Of a DNA stretch of 64,000 nt, positions 48,858-60,493 are shown piece by piece; the first letter of the stretch is position 1; each line of letters begins with the position of its first letter. Below the pieces are notes generated by a model. It saw only the letters and a list, made by a program, of their open reading frames with translations. It made no database searches and had not been told where the DNA came from. Source of the stretch: Nitrospirota bacterium. Its GTDB lineage: Bacteria; Nitrospirota; UBA9217. The stretch covers positions 224,001-288,000 of the forward strand of contig CAWJQQ010000003.1 in the NCBI GenBank assembly GCA_963845065.1. Direction: 5' to 3'. The position numbers and the translations under genes are program-made.

Positions 48858-49358
48858 ATGTCTGGTGTAATAGTTAAGGTTATACTCCAGGACTTAAAAA
48901 AAGTCGAAGCAGAAGCTCTTGTTGTCGGTTTTTTTCAGGACATAAGGCCGCTCAAAGGCGCTGCCGGGCAACTGGACTGGCTACTATGTGGCGCTCTTTC
49001 ACGTCTTTTGCTTAAAAATAAATTGAAAGGTTCGCTCGGTGATGTGGCACTGCTCACTTCGCAAGGGAAAGTTCCGCCTCAGAAAATATTTCTGGTAGGT
49101 CTTGGTAAGAAAGCGGATTTTTCAGCATTGTCGCTGCGAACTGCCGCAAAAACAGCTTCAGCTTGTGTATTAGGTGCAGGTGTTACGAATGCGGCAATGG
49201 AGTATTTCCAGGTCCAGACAGTCATTGCTGAGGATTCCATACCGGCATTTCGTGAGGGTCTTGAAGAGGGCGCCGGCAACCGCGGTCTAAAGATTTTACT
49301 TATTGCACCGGATGACGTAGCCTATAGTCAGCTCTTTCAGCTAACAATGTCGAATTGA
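48858..49358 (+). CDS. Stand-alone peptidase M17 N-terminal-like domain protein
   Basis: EALVVGFFQDIRPLKGAAGQLDWLLCGALS, IFLVGLG; no catalytic domain. Confidence 0.65.
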   Translation: MSGVIVKVILQDLKKVEAEALVVGFFQDIRPLKGAAGQLDWLLCGALSRLLLKNKLKGSLGDVALLTSQGKVPPQKIFLVGLGKKADFSALSLRTAAKTASACVLGAGVTNAAMEYFQVQTVIAEDSIPAFREGLEEGAGNRGLKILLIAPDDVAYSQLFQLTMSN

Positions 49359-49510
49359 CTGAAACCACCGATTTAGCTATAGCAGAACTGGATAGATGTA
49401 CTCTATTTGTCATACATTGAATATTGATTCTCTAAGTTTCCGCATCCGCAAGAGACTAGAGGTTCTTGAGTACTACAAGCAGTACTCATCTTTATTTGTA
49501 GGAGACCTAG

Positions 49511-50812
49511 ATGATTCCTCGTTACAGCAGGCCGGAAATGGCCGGCCTCTGGGAACCGAAGAGCAGATACCGCGCATGGCTCGAGGTTGAACTTGCTGCG
49601 TGCGAAGCGAATGCAAAACTAGGACTCATTCCGGCGAAAGCGCTCGCGAATATCAAAAAAAAGGCCGATTTCAACGTTTTACGTATTGACGCCATTGAAA
49701 AAATCGTAAAACACGATGTCATAGCATTCCTCACCGCCGTGGCAGAAAAGGTGGGACCGGATTCACGCTACATTCATCTGGGGCTCACCTCCTCGGATGT
49801 ACTCGATACGTCTCTTGCCACACTATTGCGCAGAGCATCGGATATCCTCATCAGTGACATTCATAGTGTTCTTTCTACCTTGAAGCAAAAGGCCAAACAG
49901 CACAAAAATACTGTTATGATCGGTCGCTCACATGGCGTACACGCTGAACCAGTCACCTTCGGGCTTAAAATGGCACTCTGGTACGAGGAAATGGGACGTG
50001 CCCTAGAGCGAATGAAACGGGCCCGCGACGTGATAAGCGTGGGCAAGGTGTCTGGTGCCGTGGGGACTTTTGCCAACATAGATCCCTTTGTCGAAATCTA
50101 TGTCTGCCGCAAATTAGGGCTCAAGCCAGAACCCGTCTCTACACAAATAGTGCAGCGTGACCGGCACGCAGAATTCCTTTCAGCGCTGGCACTAATTGCA
50201 TCTTCCATTGAAAAATTTTCCGTGGAACTCCGGCATCTCCAGCGCACCGAAGTGCTTGAAGCGGAAGAGTATTTTTCCGAAGGCCAAAAGGGATCGTCTG
50301 CCATGCCGCACAAACGAAACCCTATCTCCGCTGAAAATCTTTCAGGACTGGCCCGAGTGGTCCGGGCGAACTCCCTGGCAGGCATGGAAAACATCGCACT
50401 ATGGCACGAACGGGACATTAGCCATTCCTCCGTCGAACGCATCATTATTCCGGACAGCACAATCCTCATGGACTACATGCTGGTACGATTCAACAGCCTG
50501 ATCGGCAAATTGTTCGTTTATCCCAAAAATATGAAACGTAACATGCAACTTTCGAAAGGTCTTTTCCATTCAGAGACCGTTATGCTTGCTTTAGTAGAGA
50601 AGGGGCTAACACGCGAAAAAGCATATTCCTATGTGCAGCGGAATGCCATGGAAGTCTGGAAGCAAGGTGGTGATTTTAAGCAGCATCTGCAGAATGACAA
50701 AGATGTCCGAAAATACCTGAACAATCGCGAAATCGACAAGTGCTTCGACCTGTCGCATATGCTCAAAAAAGTTGACTACCTATTCAAGCGTGTTTTTAAA
50801 AAGAAGGTTTAG
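49511..50812 (+). CDS. purB: Adenylosuccinate lyase
   Basis: [34 protein letters not shown]. Confidence 0.97.
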   Translation: MIPRYSRPEMAGLWEPKSRYRAWLEVELAACEANAKLGLIPAKALANIKKKADFNVLRIDAIEKIVKHDVIAFLTAVAEKVGPDSRYIHLGLTSSDVLDTSLATLLRRASDILISDIHSVLSTLKQKAKQHKNTVMIGRSHGVHAEPVTFGLKMALWYEEMGRALERMKRARDVISVGKVSGAVGTFANIDPFVEIYVCRKLGLKPEPVSTQIVQRDRHAEFLSALALIASSIEKFSVELRHLQRTEVLEAEEYFSEGQKGSSAMPHKRNPISAENLSGLARVVRANSLAGMENIALWHERDISHSSVERIIIPDSTILMDYMLVRFNSLIGKLFVYPKNMKRNMQLSKGLFHSETVMLALVEKGLTREKAYSYVQRNAMEVWKQGGDFKQHLQNDKDVRKYLNNREIDKCFDLSHMLKKVDYLFKRVFKKKV

Positions 50813-50817
50813 GAATT

Positions 50818-52215
50818 ATGTTCGACAAACTCCATGAAGAATGTGGCGTATTCGGGATATTTGGCCATCCTGACGCGTCAAACTTGACATACCTGGGACT
50901 TTACTCCCTCCAGCACCGCGGCCAAGAGTCAGCAGGGATCGTGTCCTCAGACGGGAAGCGACTTTACGTCGAGAAGGACATGGGTCTTGTAGCCGATATC
51001 TTCAGTGAAGAACGGATCAAAAAACTTCCTGGTCATATGGCAATCGGACATAATCGCTATTCGACTGCCGGGGGAAGCTTTGCCATAAATATTCAACCCA
51101 TTCTCGTCAATTTCGCGCTCGGTGAACTCGCAGTTGCCCATAACGGTAACCTGGTGAACGCCGGGATTCTCAAAGATGAGTTGGAAGCCTATGGTTCGAT
51201 ATTTGTATCGACGACAGACACGGAAGTGATTGTGCATCTGATCGCCCAATCGCGGGCCGCTACATTGCACGAACGGATCGTGGATGCTCTCAGCCATGTT
51301 CAGGGTTCCTATAGCCTGCTACTCATCACCGAAGATGAGTTGATTGCTGTTCGCGACCCGAACGGGTTCAGACCACTCTCGCTGGCAGAATTAGATGGGG
51401 CCCATGTTGTTGCGTCAGAAACGTGTGCCTTTGATCTCATTGAGGCAACATATATTCGTGATATTGCGCCCGGCGAAATGATCGTGATTAGTAGCAAGGG
51501 GATTCAGTCTACATTTCCGTTCAAGCCTGCTGAACCATCCCACTGTATTTTTGAATTCATTTATTTTGCTCGACCTGATAGTATGGTCTTCGGCCAGAAC
51601 GTCTATTCAATCCGGAAAGAGTTCGGCAGGCAACTAGCCAGGGAGACCGCTATTTCTGCAGATGTCGTTATCCCGGTGCCGGACTCAGGCGTGCCCGCCG
51701 CTTTGGGGTACGCCGAAGAGGCCGGAATACCATTCGATACGGGTCTGATCAGGAACCACTACGTGGGACGTACCTTTATCGAACCGCAGCAGAGCATCAG
51801 ACACTTTGGCGTGAAGATAAAACTCAATCCGGTTAAAGATGCTATTAGAGGCAAACGAGTCATCGTTGTAGACGATTCCATCGTGCGGGGTACGACAAGC
51901 AAAAAGATTATCAAAATGATAAGAAACGCGGGAGCCGCAGAAGTCCATTTGCGCATCAGTTCGCCGCCAACGTCCTATCCTTGTTTCTATGGCATTGATA
52001 TGCCGACACGACAGGAGCTTATTGCTTCTTCTCACAGCATCGATGAAATTAGAAAATATATAACCGCCGATACGCTTGGTTATATCAGTATGGAAGGGAT
52101 TCAGAAGGTTGTCCCGTTCCATATGAACTTTTGCGCTGCCTGCTTCGACGGCGACTACCCGGTTCCTTTCCCCGGTGAAAAGATGTTGCAGCTCGGTTTG
52201 TTCGATAAGGAGTAA
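50818..52215 (+). CDS. purF: Amidophosphoribosyltransferase
   Basis: [31 protein letters not shown]. Confidence 0.97.
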   Translation: MFDKLHEECGVFGIFGHPDASNLTYLGLYSLQHRGQESAGIVSSDGKRLYVEKDMGLVADIFSEERIKKLPGHMAIGHNRYSTAGGSFAINIQPILVNFALGELAVAHNGNLVNAGILKDELEAYGSIFVSTTDTEVIVHLIAQSRAATLHERIVDALSHVQGSYSLLLITEDELIAVRDPNGFRPLSLAELDGAHVVASETCAFDLIEATYIRDIAPGEMIVISSKGIQSTFPFKPAEPSHCIFEFIYFARPDSMVFGQNVYSIRKEFGRQLARETAISADVVIPVPDSGVPAALGYAEEAGIPFDTGLIRNHYVGRTFIEPQQSIRHFGVKIKLNPVKDAIRGKRVIVVDDSIVRGTTSKKIIKMIRNAGAAEVHLRISSPPTSYPCFYGIDMPTRQELIASSHSIDEIRKYITADTLGYISMEGIQKVVPFHMNFCAACFDGDYPVPFPGEKMLQLGLFDKE

Positions 52216-52331
52216 TAAGGAATGTTGTCACGAATGCACGGAGAGAGACAAGGATGGATTAACAACGTATCTACCTTATCTTCGTACACCAATAGATATC
52301 AGTAGATACAATGATGGGGAAACGTAAGGAA

Positions 52332-52407
52332 TGGTGCCGAGGCGCAGAATCGAACTGCGGACACGAGGCTTTTCAGGCCTCTGCTCTACCAACTGAGCTA
52401 CCTCGGC
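52332..52407 (-). tRNA. tRNA-Phe (GAA)
   Basis: Reverse complement GCCGAGGTAGCTCAGTTGGTAGAGCAGAGGCCTGAAAAGCCTCGTGTCCGCAGTTCGATTCTGCGCCTCGGCACCA folds as a cloverleaf with GAA anticodon and encoded CCA. Confidence 0.97.
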
Positions 52408-52488
52408 ATAACGTGGTCAGTTTTAACGAGACGATAAGATAACAGACTACAGGGTTGATTGTCAAGTGATTTTTGTTGGAAGGTGATC

Positions 52489-53226
52489 ATGAATAAAATA
52501 TTTTCGAGGCCAATTTCCCTTAAAGCCAAAGCATTTCGGTATTGTCCGGGATGCAGCCATGGAGTGCTGCACCGTATCGTTGCCGAGACGATCGATTTGC
52601 TCGGCATCCACGATCAGACTATCGGCATTGCACCGGTCGGCTGCGCGGTTTTTGCCTACGACTACTTTGATATCGATATGATTGAAGTACCACATGGAAG
52701 ACCGCCGGCAATCGCTACCGGAATGAAGCGCGCGAGGCCTAGCACCGTGATCTTCAGTTACCAGGGTGACGGTGACCTTGCCGCTATCGGCACGGCAGAG
52801 ATTGTCCATGCCGCTGCTCGAGGTGAAAATATTACTGTTATTTTCGTTAATAACGGCAATTACGGCATGACCGGTGGACAGATGGCTCCAACTACACTGC
52901 CAGGCCAAAAGACAACGACCACACCGAAAGGCAGGGATGTACTGCAAGCAGGTAATCCTCTTCGCGTGTGCGAGATGCTGGCGACGTTGGACGGACCCGT
53001 ATATATAGAACGGGTTTCGGTTGACAGCCCCAAGAATGTCCTTGCAGCAAAGAAAGCCATTCAAAAAGCCTTCAGGAACCAGATCGAGGGCCGCGGATTC
53101 TCTTTTGTGGAAGCACTCTCGATGTGCCCGACCGATTGGGGATTGACGCCTAACCAGTCCGTAGATTGGGTGCGAAATAGTATGATGCAATATTATCCTT
53201 TAGGAGTGTATAAGGACGTAAAGTAG
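52489..53226 (+). CDS. 2-oxoacid:ferredoxin oxidoreductase beta subunit
   Basis: YCPGCSHG, PVGC, GDGD TPP motif, YGMTGGQ, CPT. Confidence 0.92.
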   Translation: MNKIFSRPISLKAKAFRYCPGCSHGVLHRIVAETIDLLGIHDQTIGIAPVGCAVFAYDYFDIDMIEVPHGRPPAIATGMKRARPSTVIFSYQGDGDLAAIGTAEIVHAAARGENITVIFVNNGNYGMTGGQMAPTTLPGQKTTTTPKGRDVLQAGNPLRVCEMLATLDGPVYIERVSVDSPKNVLAAKKAIQKAFRNQIEGRGFSFVEALSMCPTDWGLTPNQSVDWVRNSMMQYYPLGVYKDVK

Positions 53227-53271
53227 CAGTCGGAGGGCAAATGCTCGGAAACAGGGGGGGCTTGAGTAAAT

Positions 53272-53814
53272 ATGTATCATGATGTGATGATTGCGGGTTT
53301 CGGAGGCCAGGGTGTTCTCGTCGCGGGCAAATTGCTGGCATATGCCGGTATGCTTGAAGGTAAACATGTAACATGGTTCCCGTCCTACGGGGCGGAGATC
53401 CGGGGGGGGACAGCCAACTGTACCGTAATTATATCAAATGATGACATCGGATCACCGGTGGTGCGAAATCCTTCAGCCATGCTCATTTTTAACGAGGCAT
53501 CCTACAAGAAGTTCGAGATAAGAATCAAGGAGGGCGGACAACTTTTTTTAAACACCTCCCTTGTCCATGCTGCACCATCGCGATCGGATATCTCCCGGAT
53601 TGACGTCAAGGCCAATGATATAGCCGAAAACCTCGGTGATATACGCATAGCTAACATGGTTATGCTTGGTGCACTCCTGAAAAAAACGGGCGTGGTTGCT
53701 CTTGATTCTGTACTTGCCGCACTTAAACAAGTGCTGCCAGCCCGGAGACATTCATTAATCCCCTTGAACGAAAATGCCCTCAGACGCGGTGCCGATGTAT
53801 GCTGCACAAATTAA
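53272..53814 (+). CDS. 2-oxoacid:ferredoxin oxidoreductase gamma subunit
   Basis: AGFGGQG, PSYGAEIRGG, NMVMLGA. Confidence 0.92.
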   Translation: MYHDVMIAGFGGQGVLVAGKLLAYAGMLEGKHVTWFPSYGAEIRGGTANCTVIISNDDIGSPVVRNPSAMLIFNEASYKKFEIRIKEGGQLFLNTSLVHAAPSRSDISRIDVKANDIAENLGDIRIANMVMLGALLKKTGVVALDSVLAALKQVLPARRHSLIPLNENALRRGADVCCTN

Positions 53815-53843
53815 TAGTGGAAACGGAATACCCCGCTCCTTGT

Positions 53844-53939
53844 AGGCTGTCCGACAATTCTAATTTTGGGAAATTTACGAACGTAAATTCAATGATATAC
53901 AAGGCCAGAAATCGTTATATTTCCATTATCGGACAACTT
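53844..53939. mobile_element. About 96-bp MITE with IS1182-like termini
   Basis: AGGCTGTCCGACAAT ... ATTATCGGACAACTT (12/15 inverted match); the left 17 nt are identical to the IS1182 end at 33968. Confidence 0.7.
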
Positions 53940-54273
53940 GCTTGGTGCAGGTAAAATCACTCTCCAGTAGCGAGGCGACAGAGAATGCCAGCTATCCTCA
54001 AAGGTCTGTCTCGCATGTAGTTTTGCAATCTTATCCTGAATTCACGTTCGCCCGGGAACTAACTCATATCAAGATACCAATAGCTATGAGTCGTAGGCAT
54101 GACATAAAAAAAAGGTTTCTGTAACATAATGGAAATTGTATGTAACAAGAAATATTTGTAACACTTATGAATGAAAGAAATGGCATTGTTGACAACGCAG
54201 AAAGTATTACCTTGACTTTTAACCCTTGTTTTTGGTAGAATTTTTGCATCGGCTTGATAACACAAGAAAATCC

Positions 54274-55941
54274 ATGACAAAAGACACCTCCGAAATAGCC
54301 AAATTAACGGAGCGCATTTCTAAAGACCCCAAGTCAAAACTTTTTGTGCCTCTTGCAGAGGAGTACAAAAAAATAGGGGACATTGAGATGGCGATCCATG
54401 TGCTTTCAGAGGGGCTTAAAATCAATCCGGGTTATCTGACAGCGCGATCATTCCTCGGTAGGCTTCTATTAGAACATGGAGATTTTGCAGCATCTCAAAG
54501 CGAATTTGAAGAGGTAGTAAAGGCGATTCCCGACAATTTACTTGCACATAGAAAATTGGGAGATCTGAATCTTCTGCAGAAGAGATATGAGGACGCGCTC
54601 AAACATTATAAGATTGTGCTCACGTTGAATCCTGGCGATGCAGAAATAGCTTCGATCATTTCAGAAATAGAGTCTGAAATGATTCCTAAGGCGAAGGTTG
54701 TGCAGCAGAAACCCCAGACTTCACTTGACCAGGAAACTCCGTCTCCTCCACATCTGTTGAAATCGTCAGCCGGGACGTCGCCGCCATTGTCTCCGTTACC
54801 TAACGCTCTTGCCGCAGCAGAGGTAACAACGTCTGAGGCTTCGTCGGAAGGCTCGCCGGGTGTTTCTCCTTTACTGGCAGGAAACGAATCGACAGTGAAG
54901 AAGTCAGAGGCAGAGCAGATGAATGAATCAGTGCTGTTGAACGAACAGTTTCCAACCATGGCTCAACAATCGACCGCGCCGGTTGTGGATCAAGAAGAAG
55001 CCGAAGACGTATTTGTAGTTGAACCGATTGACGACGATAAAGCTCCCGTTCCAGCTCCAGCGGCTTCAGACATTGACGTCTTTTCGGAAAATGTTTTTGA
55101 AACAAATCCTGCAGAAGAACAGACAGATGCCATCCCGGCATCTTCTCGTACTGTTCTCGAAGAACAGGTCATTGAAGAGGCGAAAACAGAGCAGACAATT
55201 ATTCCTGATTCAAATGCATTGATCGGAGAAGGATCCGAACCAGTAATTCTTGGAGATGAACAATCGTTTGACCAAACGGGCACAGATGATTTTACAACAG
55301 ACACGCTTGCCGAGTTGTACATAGCTCAGGGGTTCTTTGAAAAAGCAATTGATATCTATCAGCGAATGCTAACAGACAATCCCAACAGCCGCGGTCTCAA
55401 GGATAAACTGGAGCGTGTTAGGGCAAAGGCGGTAAGCACGTCAGAGGTAGAATTTACCAACGCAACGATAGACAAAACTGCGCCAGATTCCACGGAAGAG
55501 AAGATATTGTTTGCAGAACCGAAAGAGTATGTGCCTCCTATCGAGGAGGGACAAGGAGAAGAAGTCACTATTAACTCGGAGCTATACGTCGAGCCGAAGA
55601 ATGATCTGACACAATCTCCTGAGCAAGCCAAAGATGCAGAAATTGCTTTTTTTGGAGAGCCTCAGGAATACCGGCCAGCGAATGAGCCGGAGGAATGGGC
55701 AGGCCCTCCGTCTGGATATAAGTCTGTCGATGAAATATTTATGCCTCCACAGGAAGAAACGCCCAAGACGATACCGAAGAATATTGATTTCGAACCCAGT
55801 GAATATATCCCCCCTACGACCGAGCAACTGCCTAAAGAAGAGGGAACACCTCACACTCCACCGGCATCGGATATCGCAACGCACAAAGCGACAATCGACC
55901 GCCTGGAACATTGGCTGAGTAACATCAAAAAGGAGAAATAA
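54274..55941 (+). CDS. TPR protein with long acidic, Pro-rich linkers
   Basis: N-terminal TPRs (LFVPLAEEY, HRKLGDL), internal TLAELYIAQG TPR, C-terminal LEHWL helix. Confidence 0.8.
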   Translation: MTKDTSEIAKLTERISKDPKSKLFVPLAEEYKKIGDIEMAIHVLSEGLKINPGYLTARSFLGRLLLEHGDFAASQSEFEEVVKAIPDNLLAHRKLGDLNLLQKRYEDALKHYKIVLTLNPGDAEIASIISEIESEMIPKAKVVQQKPQTSLDQETPSPPHLLKSSAGTSPPLSPLPNALAAAEVTTSEASSEGSPGVSPLLAGNESTVKKSEAEQMNESVLLNEQFPTMAQQSTAPVVDQEEAEDVFVVEPIDDDKAPVPAPAASDIDVFSENVFETNPAEEQTDAIPASSRTVLEEQVIEEAKTEQTIIPDSNALIGEGSEPVILGDEQSFDQTGTDDFTTDTLAELYIAQGFFEKAIDIYQRMLTDNPNSRGLKDKLERVRAKAVSTSEVEFTNATIDKTAPDSTEEKILFAEPKEYVPPIEEGQGEEVTINSELYVEPKNDLTQSPEQAKDAEIAFFGEPQEYRPANEPEEWAGPPSGYKSVDEIFMPPQEETPKTIPKNIDFEPSEYIPPTTEQLPKEEGTPHTPPASDIATHKATIDRLEHWLSNIKKEK

Positions 55942-55944
55942 GGA

Positions 55945-56301
55945 ATGTCCTTCATCGACATCTTGCAAGAGGTCGTGAATGGTACCGAAGGGGCGCTCGG
56001 TGCGCTCATTGTCGGTTTGGACGGCATCCCAGTCGAGGAATATTCCGTGAGCAACGATATGGATCTCCAGTCAATGACCGTAGAGTATTCTTCGCTTCTC
56101 AAGGAAATTGAAAAAGGCTCGCAGGCGGCTCAGATGGGAACTACTAAAGAAGTGACGGTCATAACGGACAAGGCTATGATTATGCTCCGGAGATTGAATG
56201 ACGAGTATTTTTTTGTTTTGATAATTAAACCGGAAGGAAATTTTGGAAAAGGAAGGTTCCTCCTCAGAATGTCAGTACCAAAACTATTGCAAGAGTTTTG
56301 A
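55945..56301 (+). CDS. Roadblock/LC7 protein, MglC-like
   Basis: MSF..IL..VV....GA......G.DGI and GNFGKGRFLLR; located near efp-accB-accC. Confidence 0.8.
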   Translation: MSFIDILQEVVNGTEGALGALIVGLDGIPVEEYSVSNDMDLQSMTVEYSSLLKEIEKGSQAAQMGTTKEVTVITDKAMIMLRRLNDEYFFVLIIKPEGNFGKGRFLLRMSVPKLLQEF

Positions 56302-56369
56302 TATAAATGTTTATTTTTGTTAGTATGGGAAACTGCCTCAGGCAGTTTTTTATTTTCTATGGGGGTTTC

Positions 56370-56822
56370 ATGAAAATCCTTGTTGTGAACGGGCCCAACC
56401 TGAATCTCCTCGGAAAGCGTGAACCCGATATCTACGGGTCTGTGACACTCGATGACATTAATGGGAGGATCACTGCCTTAGCCGCAGAATTTAACGTAGA
56501 GGTAGCCTTTTTCCAGTCGAACCATGAAGGAGAACTGGTTCAACGAATCCAGGATGCCATGGGCATATACCAGGCCCTCGTGATTAACCCGGGAGCCTAT
56601 ACACATACAAGTGTTGCTCTGCGTGATGCTATCTCCTCGACAGGCATCCCGACGGTAGAAACACATATTTCCAATATTTACAAACGTGAAGAATTCCGAA
56701 GACATTCCTTTATCTCAGATGTGGCTGCTGGTCAGATCACTGGGTTTGGACCGGATAGCTATCTTCTTGCTTTTCGAGCCGCAGTAGGACTAGTTACGGC
56801 AGGCGGAAAGAGCGAGAAATGA
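56370..56822 (+). CDS. aroQ: Type II 3-dehydroquinate dehydratase
   Basis: [35 protein letters not shown]...REEFR. Confidence 0.96.
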   Translation: MKILVVNGPNLNLLGKREPDIYGSVTLDDINGRITALAAEFNVEVAFFQSNHEGELVQRIQDAMGIYQALVINPGAYTHTSVALRDAISSTGIPTVETHISNIYKREEFRRHSFISDVAAGQITGFGPDSYLLAFRAAVGLVTAGGKSEK

Positions 56823-57901
56823 TACGATCGGCGCAAACGCGAATTTCCCGGCTCAGACAGCTCATGAAATCAGGCAACATTGAAGCGTTGCTCGTAACGC
56901 GCCGTGAGGACGTACGTTACCTAAGCGGTTTTACCGGTTCAGCGGGTTCTCTCCTGGTCGGAGCAGGTAAGCCATGCCTTATAACCGATTTCCGCTACAA
57001 GCTCCAGGCAACTAAAGAGACTTCAGGCATTGAGGTAGTGATACAAAAGAAAGATTTTTTTTCCGCCCTTCGTGATACGTCGTTCGATCATGGAATAAAG
57101 ACCCTCTGGTTCGAAGAATCAGCAATAACGGTTGAAGAACTGAAAAAATTGAGAAAGCTTGGGCTCAACGTTCATGGGCATCGGGAAATGCTCAGGCACT
57201 TGAGAATGCGTAAGGACCGGGAGGAACTGATATCTCTTCGCAAAGCCATCCGTCGTGCAGAAAGCTCATTTCTAGAATTGATGCGATACATTAAACCGGG
57301 AGTTACGGAGCGGGAGCTGGGGCTCACACTCGAATTCCTGATGCGTGAAAAAGGCGCGCGTAAGGCGGCATTTGATACAATCGTGGCCTCAGGAGAGAAT
57401 GGTGCCATGCCCCATGCATCAGTGTCGAACCGTCGCCTAAGGAAGGGCGATCTCGTTACAATCGACTTCGGCGCTGAGGCAGACGGATATTACTGCGATA
57501 TCACACGGACGCTCAGTGTAAGCAAACCAACGGCACGACAGAAAGAAATTCATCAACTGGTTTTGCAAGCCCAGGAGGCTGCGGTGCAGTCTATCCACCC
57601 AGGAATAAGCTGTAAGACCGTCGACGCCGTTGCTCGCGAAATAATTTCAAGAGCTGGCCATGGTGCCCATTTTGGTCATGGGACGGGCCACGGCATCGGC
57701 TTGATGGTACATGAGGGACCTTCAGTGTCTCCTCTTTCAAAAGACCAGGTCGAGCAGGACACCGTATTTACTGTGGAGCCGGGTGTGTACATTCCAGGTT
57801 GGGGAGGGGTTAGGATCGAAGACATGGTTCTCGTAACGGAGCAGAGCAAGAAAGTGCTTACTTCGTTGCCGAGAGAACTAGAGATTTTAAAGAAGCTATG
57901 A
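56819..57901 (+). CDS. Xaa-Pro aminopeptidase (M24)
   Basis: [42 protein letters not shown]. Confidence 0.93.
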   Translation: MIRSAQTRISRLRQLMKSGNIEALLVTRREDVRYLSGFTGSAGSLLVGAGKPCLITDFRYKLQATKETSGIEVVIQKKDFFSALRDTSFDHGIKTLWFEESAITVEELKKLRKLGLNVHGHREMLRHLRMRKDREELISLRKAIRRAESSFLELMRYIKPGVTERELGLTLEFLMREKGARKAAFDTIVASGENGAMPHASVSNRRLRKGDLVTIDFGAEADGYYCDITRTLSVSKPTARQKEIHQLVLQAQEAAVQSIHPGISCKTVDAVAREIISRAGHGAHFGHGTGHGIGLMVHEGPSVSPLSKDQVEQDTVFTVEPGVYIPGWGGVRIEDMVLVTEQSKKVLTSLPRELEILKKL

Positions 57902-58010
57902 TGTCTCACTGTGTCCATTATATCTATACATGTAGATTCATGCGTTGAGCCCATGAATGATATAAGTTGCAAAATATTTTGTTTAGAATAAGGAAAGGGA
58001 GGTAGTTGAA

Positions 58011-58577
58011 GTGCCGGTATCAACAACTGAATTCAGAAATGGTTTAAAGATCGAAATAGATGGAGAGCCTTATGTAATAGTTGATTTCCAACATGTGAAG
58101 CCCGGCAAGGGTGGGGCTTTCGTGCGAACGAAGATAAAAAGCCTCAAGTCGGGCAACGTGATAGACAGGACATATCGGTCGGGAGAAAAAGTAGATATCC
58201 CTGAACTTGAGGAAAAAAATATGCAATATCTATATGCAGCGGACAAGGATCGCGTGTTTATGGACACTGCGAACTATGAGCAAGTTTCCCTGAATGAAAA
58301 GCAGCTGGGTGATAGCATCAGTTATCTCAAGGAAAATATGGAAATCAAGGTCCTCTTCCACAAGGGACAACCGATTAATGTCGATATTCCTATGTTCGTG
58401 GAACTCGCGATTGCAAAGACTGACCCCGGTGTGCGAGGCGACACGGCCTCGGGAGGTTCCAAACCCGCGACTATGGAAACCGGCGCGGTCGTCAAGGTCC
58501 CGTTTTATCTAAATGAGGGAGATGTCATAAAGATCGATACTCGTACAGGTACCTTTATTGAACGAGTTAAAAAGTAG
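58011..58577 (+). CDS. efp: Elongation factor P
   Basis: [35 protein letters not shown] with GTG start. Confidence 0.97.
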   Translation: MPVSTTEFRNGLKIEIDGEPYVIVDFQHVKPGKGGAFVRTKIKSLKSGNVIDRTYRSGEKVDIPELEEKNMQYLYAADKDRVFMDTANYEQVSLNEKQLGDSISYLKENMEIKVLFHKGQPINVDIPMFVELAIAKTDPGVRGDTASGGSKPATMETGAVVKVPFYLNEGDVIKIDTRTGTFIERVKK

Positions 58578-58615
58578 CTCCGTTCTTTCATCATCGTTAC
58601 ATTGAAGGAGTAATT

Positions 58616-59089
58616 ATGAACCTTAAAGAACTTAAGGAACTAATCGAGATGTTGAAGGATACGGACGTCTCTGAGTTAGAAATAGAACGTTCCGGGGTGA
58701 AAGTGAGGATCCGGAAAGGCGGGGATGTTACCTACCATCCGACAATGCCCCGCATGGATTATCCCCCTCACGCCATCGTTGCTCCTGCCGTTGTTGAAAC
58801 ATCGGCTGCACAGGCAGAACAGCGCGAGGTCGAGTCTGTGAAGACGAACCAGATTAAAGTAACTGCGCCAATTGTCGGTACGTTCTACCGGTCGAGTTCT
58901 CCGGACAAGCCACCCTATGTGGAAGTCGGCGATGACGTCAAGAAGGGGCAGGTGCTTTGCATCATCGAAGCCATGAAACTGATGAATGAGATCGAGTCGG
59001 AAACAGCCGGGAAGATCGTTCAAGTCGTCGTCGAGAACGGAACACCGGTGGAGTACGGACAGCCTCTTTTTATAATTGAACCGATGTAA
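58616..59089 (+). CDS. accB: Biotin carboxyl carrier protein
   Basis: [18 protein letters not shown]. Confidence 0.96.
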   Translation: MNLKELKELIEMLKDTDVSELEIERSGVKVRIRKGGDVTYHPTMPRMDYPPHAIVAPAVVETSAAQAEQREVESVKTNQIKVTAPIVGTFYRSSSPDKPPYVEVGDDVKKGQVLCIIEAMKLMNEIESETAGKIVQVVVENGTPVEYGQPLFIIEPM

Positions 59090-59146
59090 AACGTCACGGA
59101 TACCTTGAGAACTATCACTTGAAAATATTGCGCACGAGGTGTTTGC

Positions 59147-60493
59147 GTGTTTAAAAAGATATTGATCGCGAATCGCGGTGAAATAGCGCTTCGAATTATA
59201 CGGGCATGCAAGGAAATGAACATAAAGACGGTTGCTGTTCATTCTACTGCGGATGCTGATTCGCTCCATGTTCGCTTTGCCGATGAAAGTGTATGCATCG
59301 GACCGCCAAAAAGCGCAGATAGCTACCTGAATGTCCCGAGTATAATCAGTGCGGCGGAAATAACCGATGCTGAAGCCATTCACCCTGGGTACGGCTTCCT
59401 AGCTGAGAATTCCAGCTTCGCAGAGATCTGCGGTTCTACCGGGATACGGTTCATCGGACCAAGTCCTGAGAGCATAAAACTCATGGGAGACAAGGCTAAG
59501 GCACGTGAAACGGCAAAAAAAGCCGGCGTGCCTGTGTTACCCGGCAGCGACGGCGTGGTAACAGAAGAAAGCAGCGCTCTCGAGATTGCTCGCGAACTCG
59601 GGTTTCCAGTAATCGTCAAAGCGTCCGCCGGCGGCGGAGGCAAGGGCATGCGTGTCGTCATGGATGAAGCCGAGTTTGCCAACGCATTTGTCATGGCACA
59701 GACAGAGGCGCTTGCAGCGTTCAGCGATGCTGACGTCTACATAGAAAAATACCTCCTAAAGCCTCGTCATATCGAAATCCAACTCATGGCTGATGATAAG
59801 GGCAACGCCGTCTATCTCGGCGAAAGAGAATGCTCAATCCAGCGCCGTCATCAGAAACTTATTGAAGAAGCGCCGTCGGTCATTGTCGATGCAAGTTTGC
59901 GCAAAACTATGGGTGAGATGGCCGTTGCTATAGCAAAAAAGGTGAAGTATCGAAATGCGGGGACTGTCGAGTTTTTAATAGACGAAAATATGAAATATTA
60001 CTTCATGGAAATGAATACCCGCATCCAGGTGGAACACCCGGTGACCGAGATGGTAACCGGTCTGGATCTCGTGAAAGAACAGATCCGCGTGGCATTCGGG
60101 TTGCCGCTTTTGTTCACCCAGGACCAGATAAGGATCAAAGGGCATAGCATCGAATGCCGCATAAACGCAGAAGATCCGGAGAAATTTACTCCATCGCCGG
60201 GGACGTTGACCACATTCAACCCTCCAGGAGGCCTCGGCGTCAGGGTCGACACAGCGGCATACAACAAATACGTCATCCCTCCCTATTATGATTCAATGAT
60301 AGCAAAGCTCATCGTACATGCAGAAACTCGCGATGAAGCTATTCTGCGCATGCTGCGAGCCCTTGACGAGTTCATTATCGAGGGTGTAAAAACGACGATA
60401 CCCGTGCATAAAAAGATTCTTTCTGACCCTGATTTCCGGGAGGGTAATATTTCCACGAATTTCATGGAGAGGTATAGCAATCGGGACGCATGA
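59147..60493 (+). CDS. accC: Biotin carboxylase
   Basis: [44 protein letters not shown]. Confidence 0.97.
   Translation: MFKKILIANRGEIALRIIRACKEMNIKTVAVHSTADADSLHVRFADESVCIGPPKSADSYLNVPSIISAAEITDAEAIHPGYGFLAENSSFAEICGSTGIRFIGPSPESIKLMGDKAKARETAKKAGVPVLPGSDGVVTEESSALEIARELGFPVIVKASAGGGGKGMRVVMDEAEFANAFVMAQTEALAAFSDADVYIEKYLLKPRHIEIQLMADDKGNAVYLGERECSIQRRHQKLIEEAPSVIVDASLRKTMGEMAVAIAKKVKYRNAGTVEFLIDENMKYYFMEMNTRIQVEHPVTEMVTGLDLVKEQIRVAFGLPLLFTQDQIRIKGHSIECRINAEDPEKFTPSPGTLTTFNPPGGLGVRVDTAAYNKYVIPPYYDSMIAKLIVHAETRDEAILRMLRALDEFIIEGVKTTIPVHKKILSDPDFREGNISTNFMERYSNRDA

Noticed and set aside
52216..52488. Genomic island integrated at tRNA-Phe
   Set aside because: No integrase and no duplicated tRNA 3' end; flanking genes are housekeeping.
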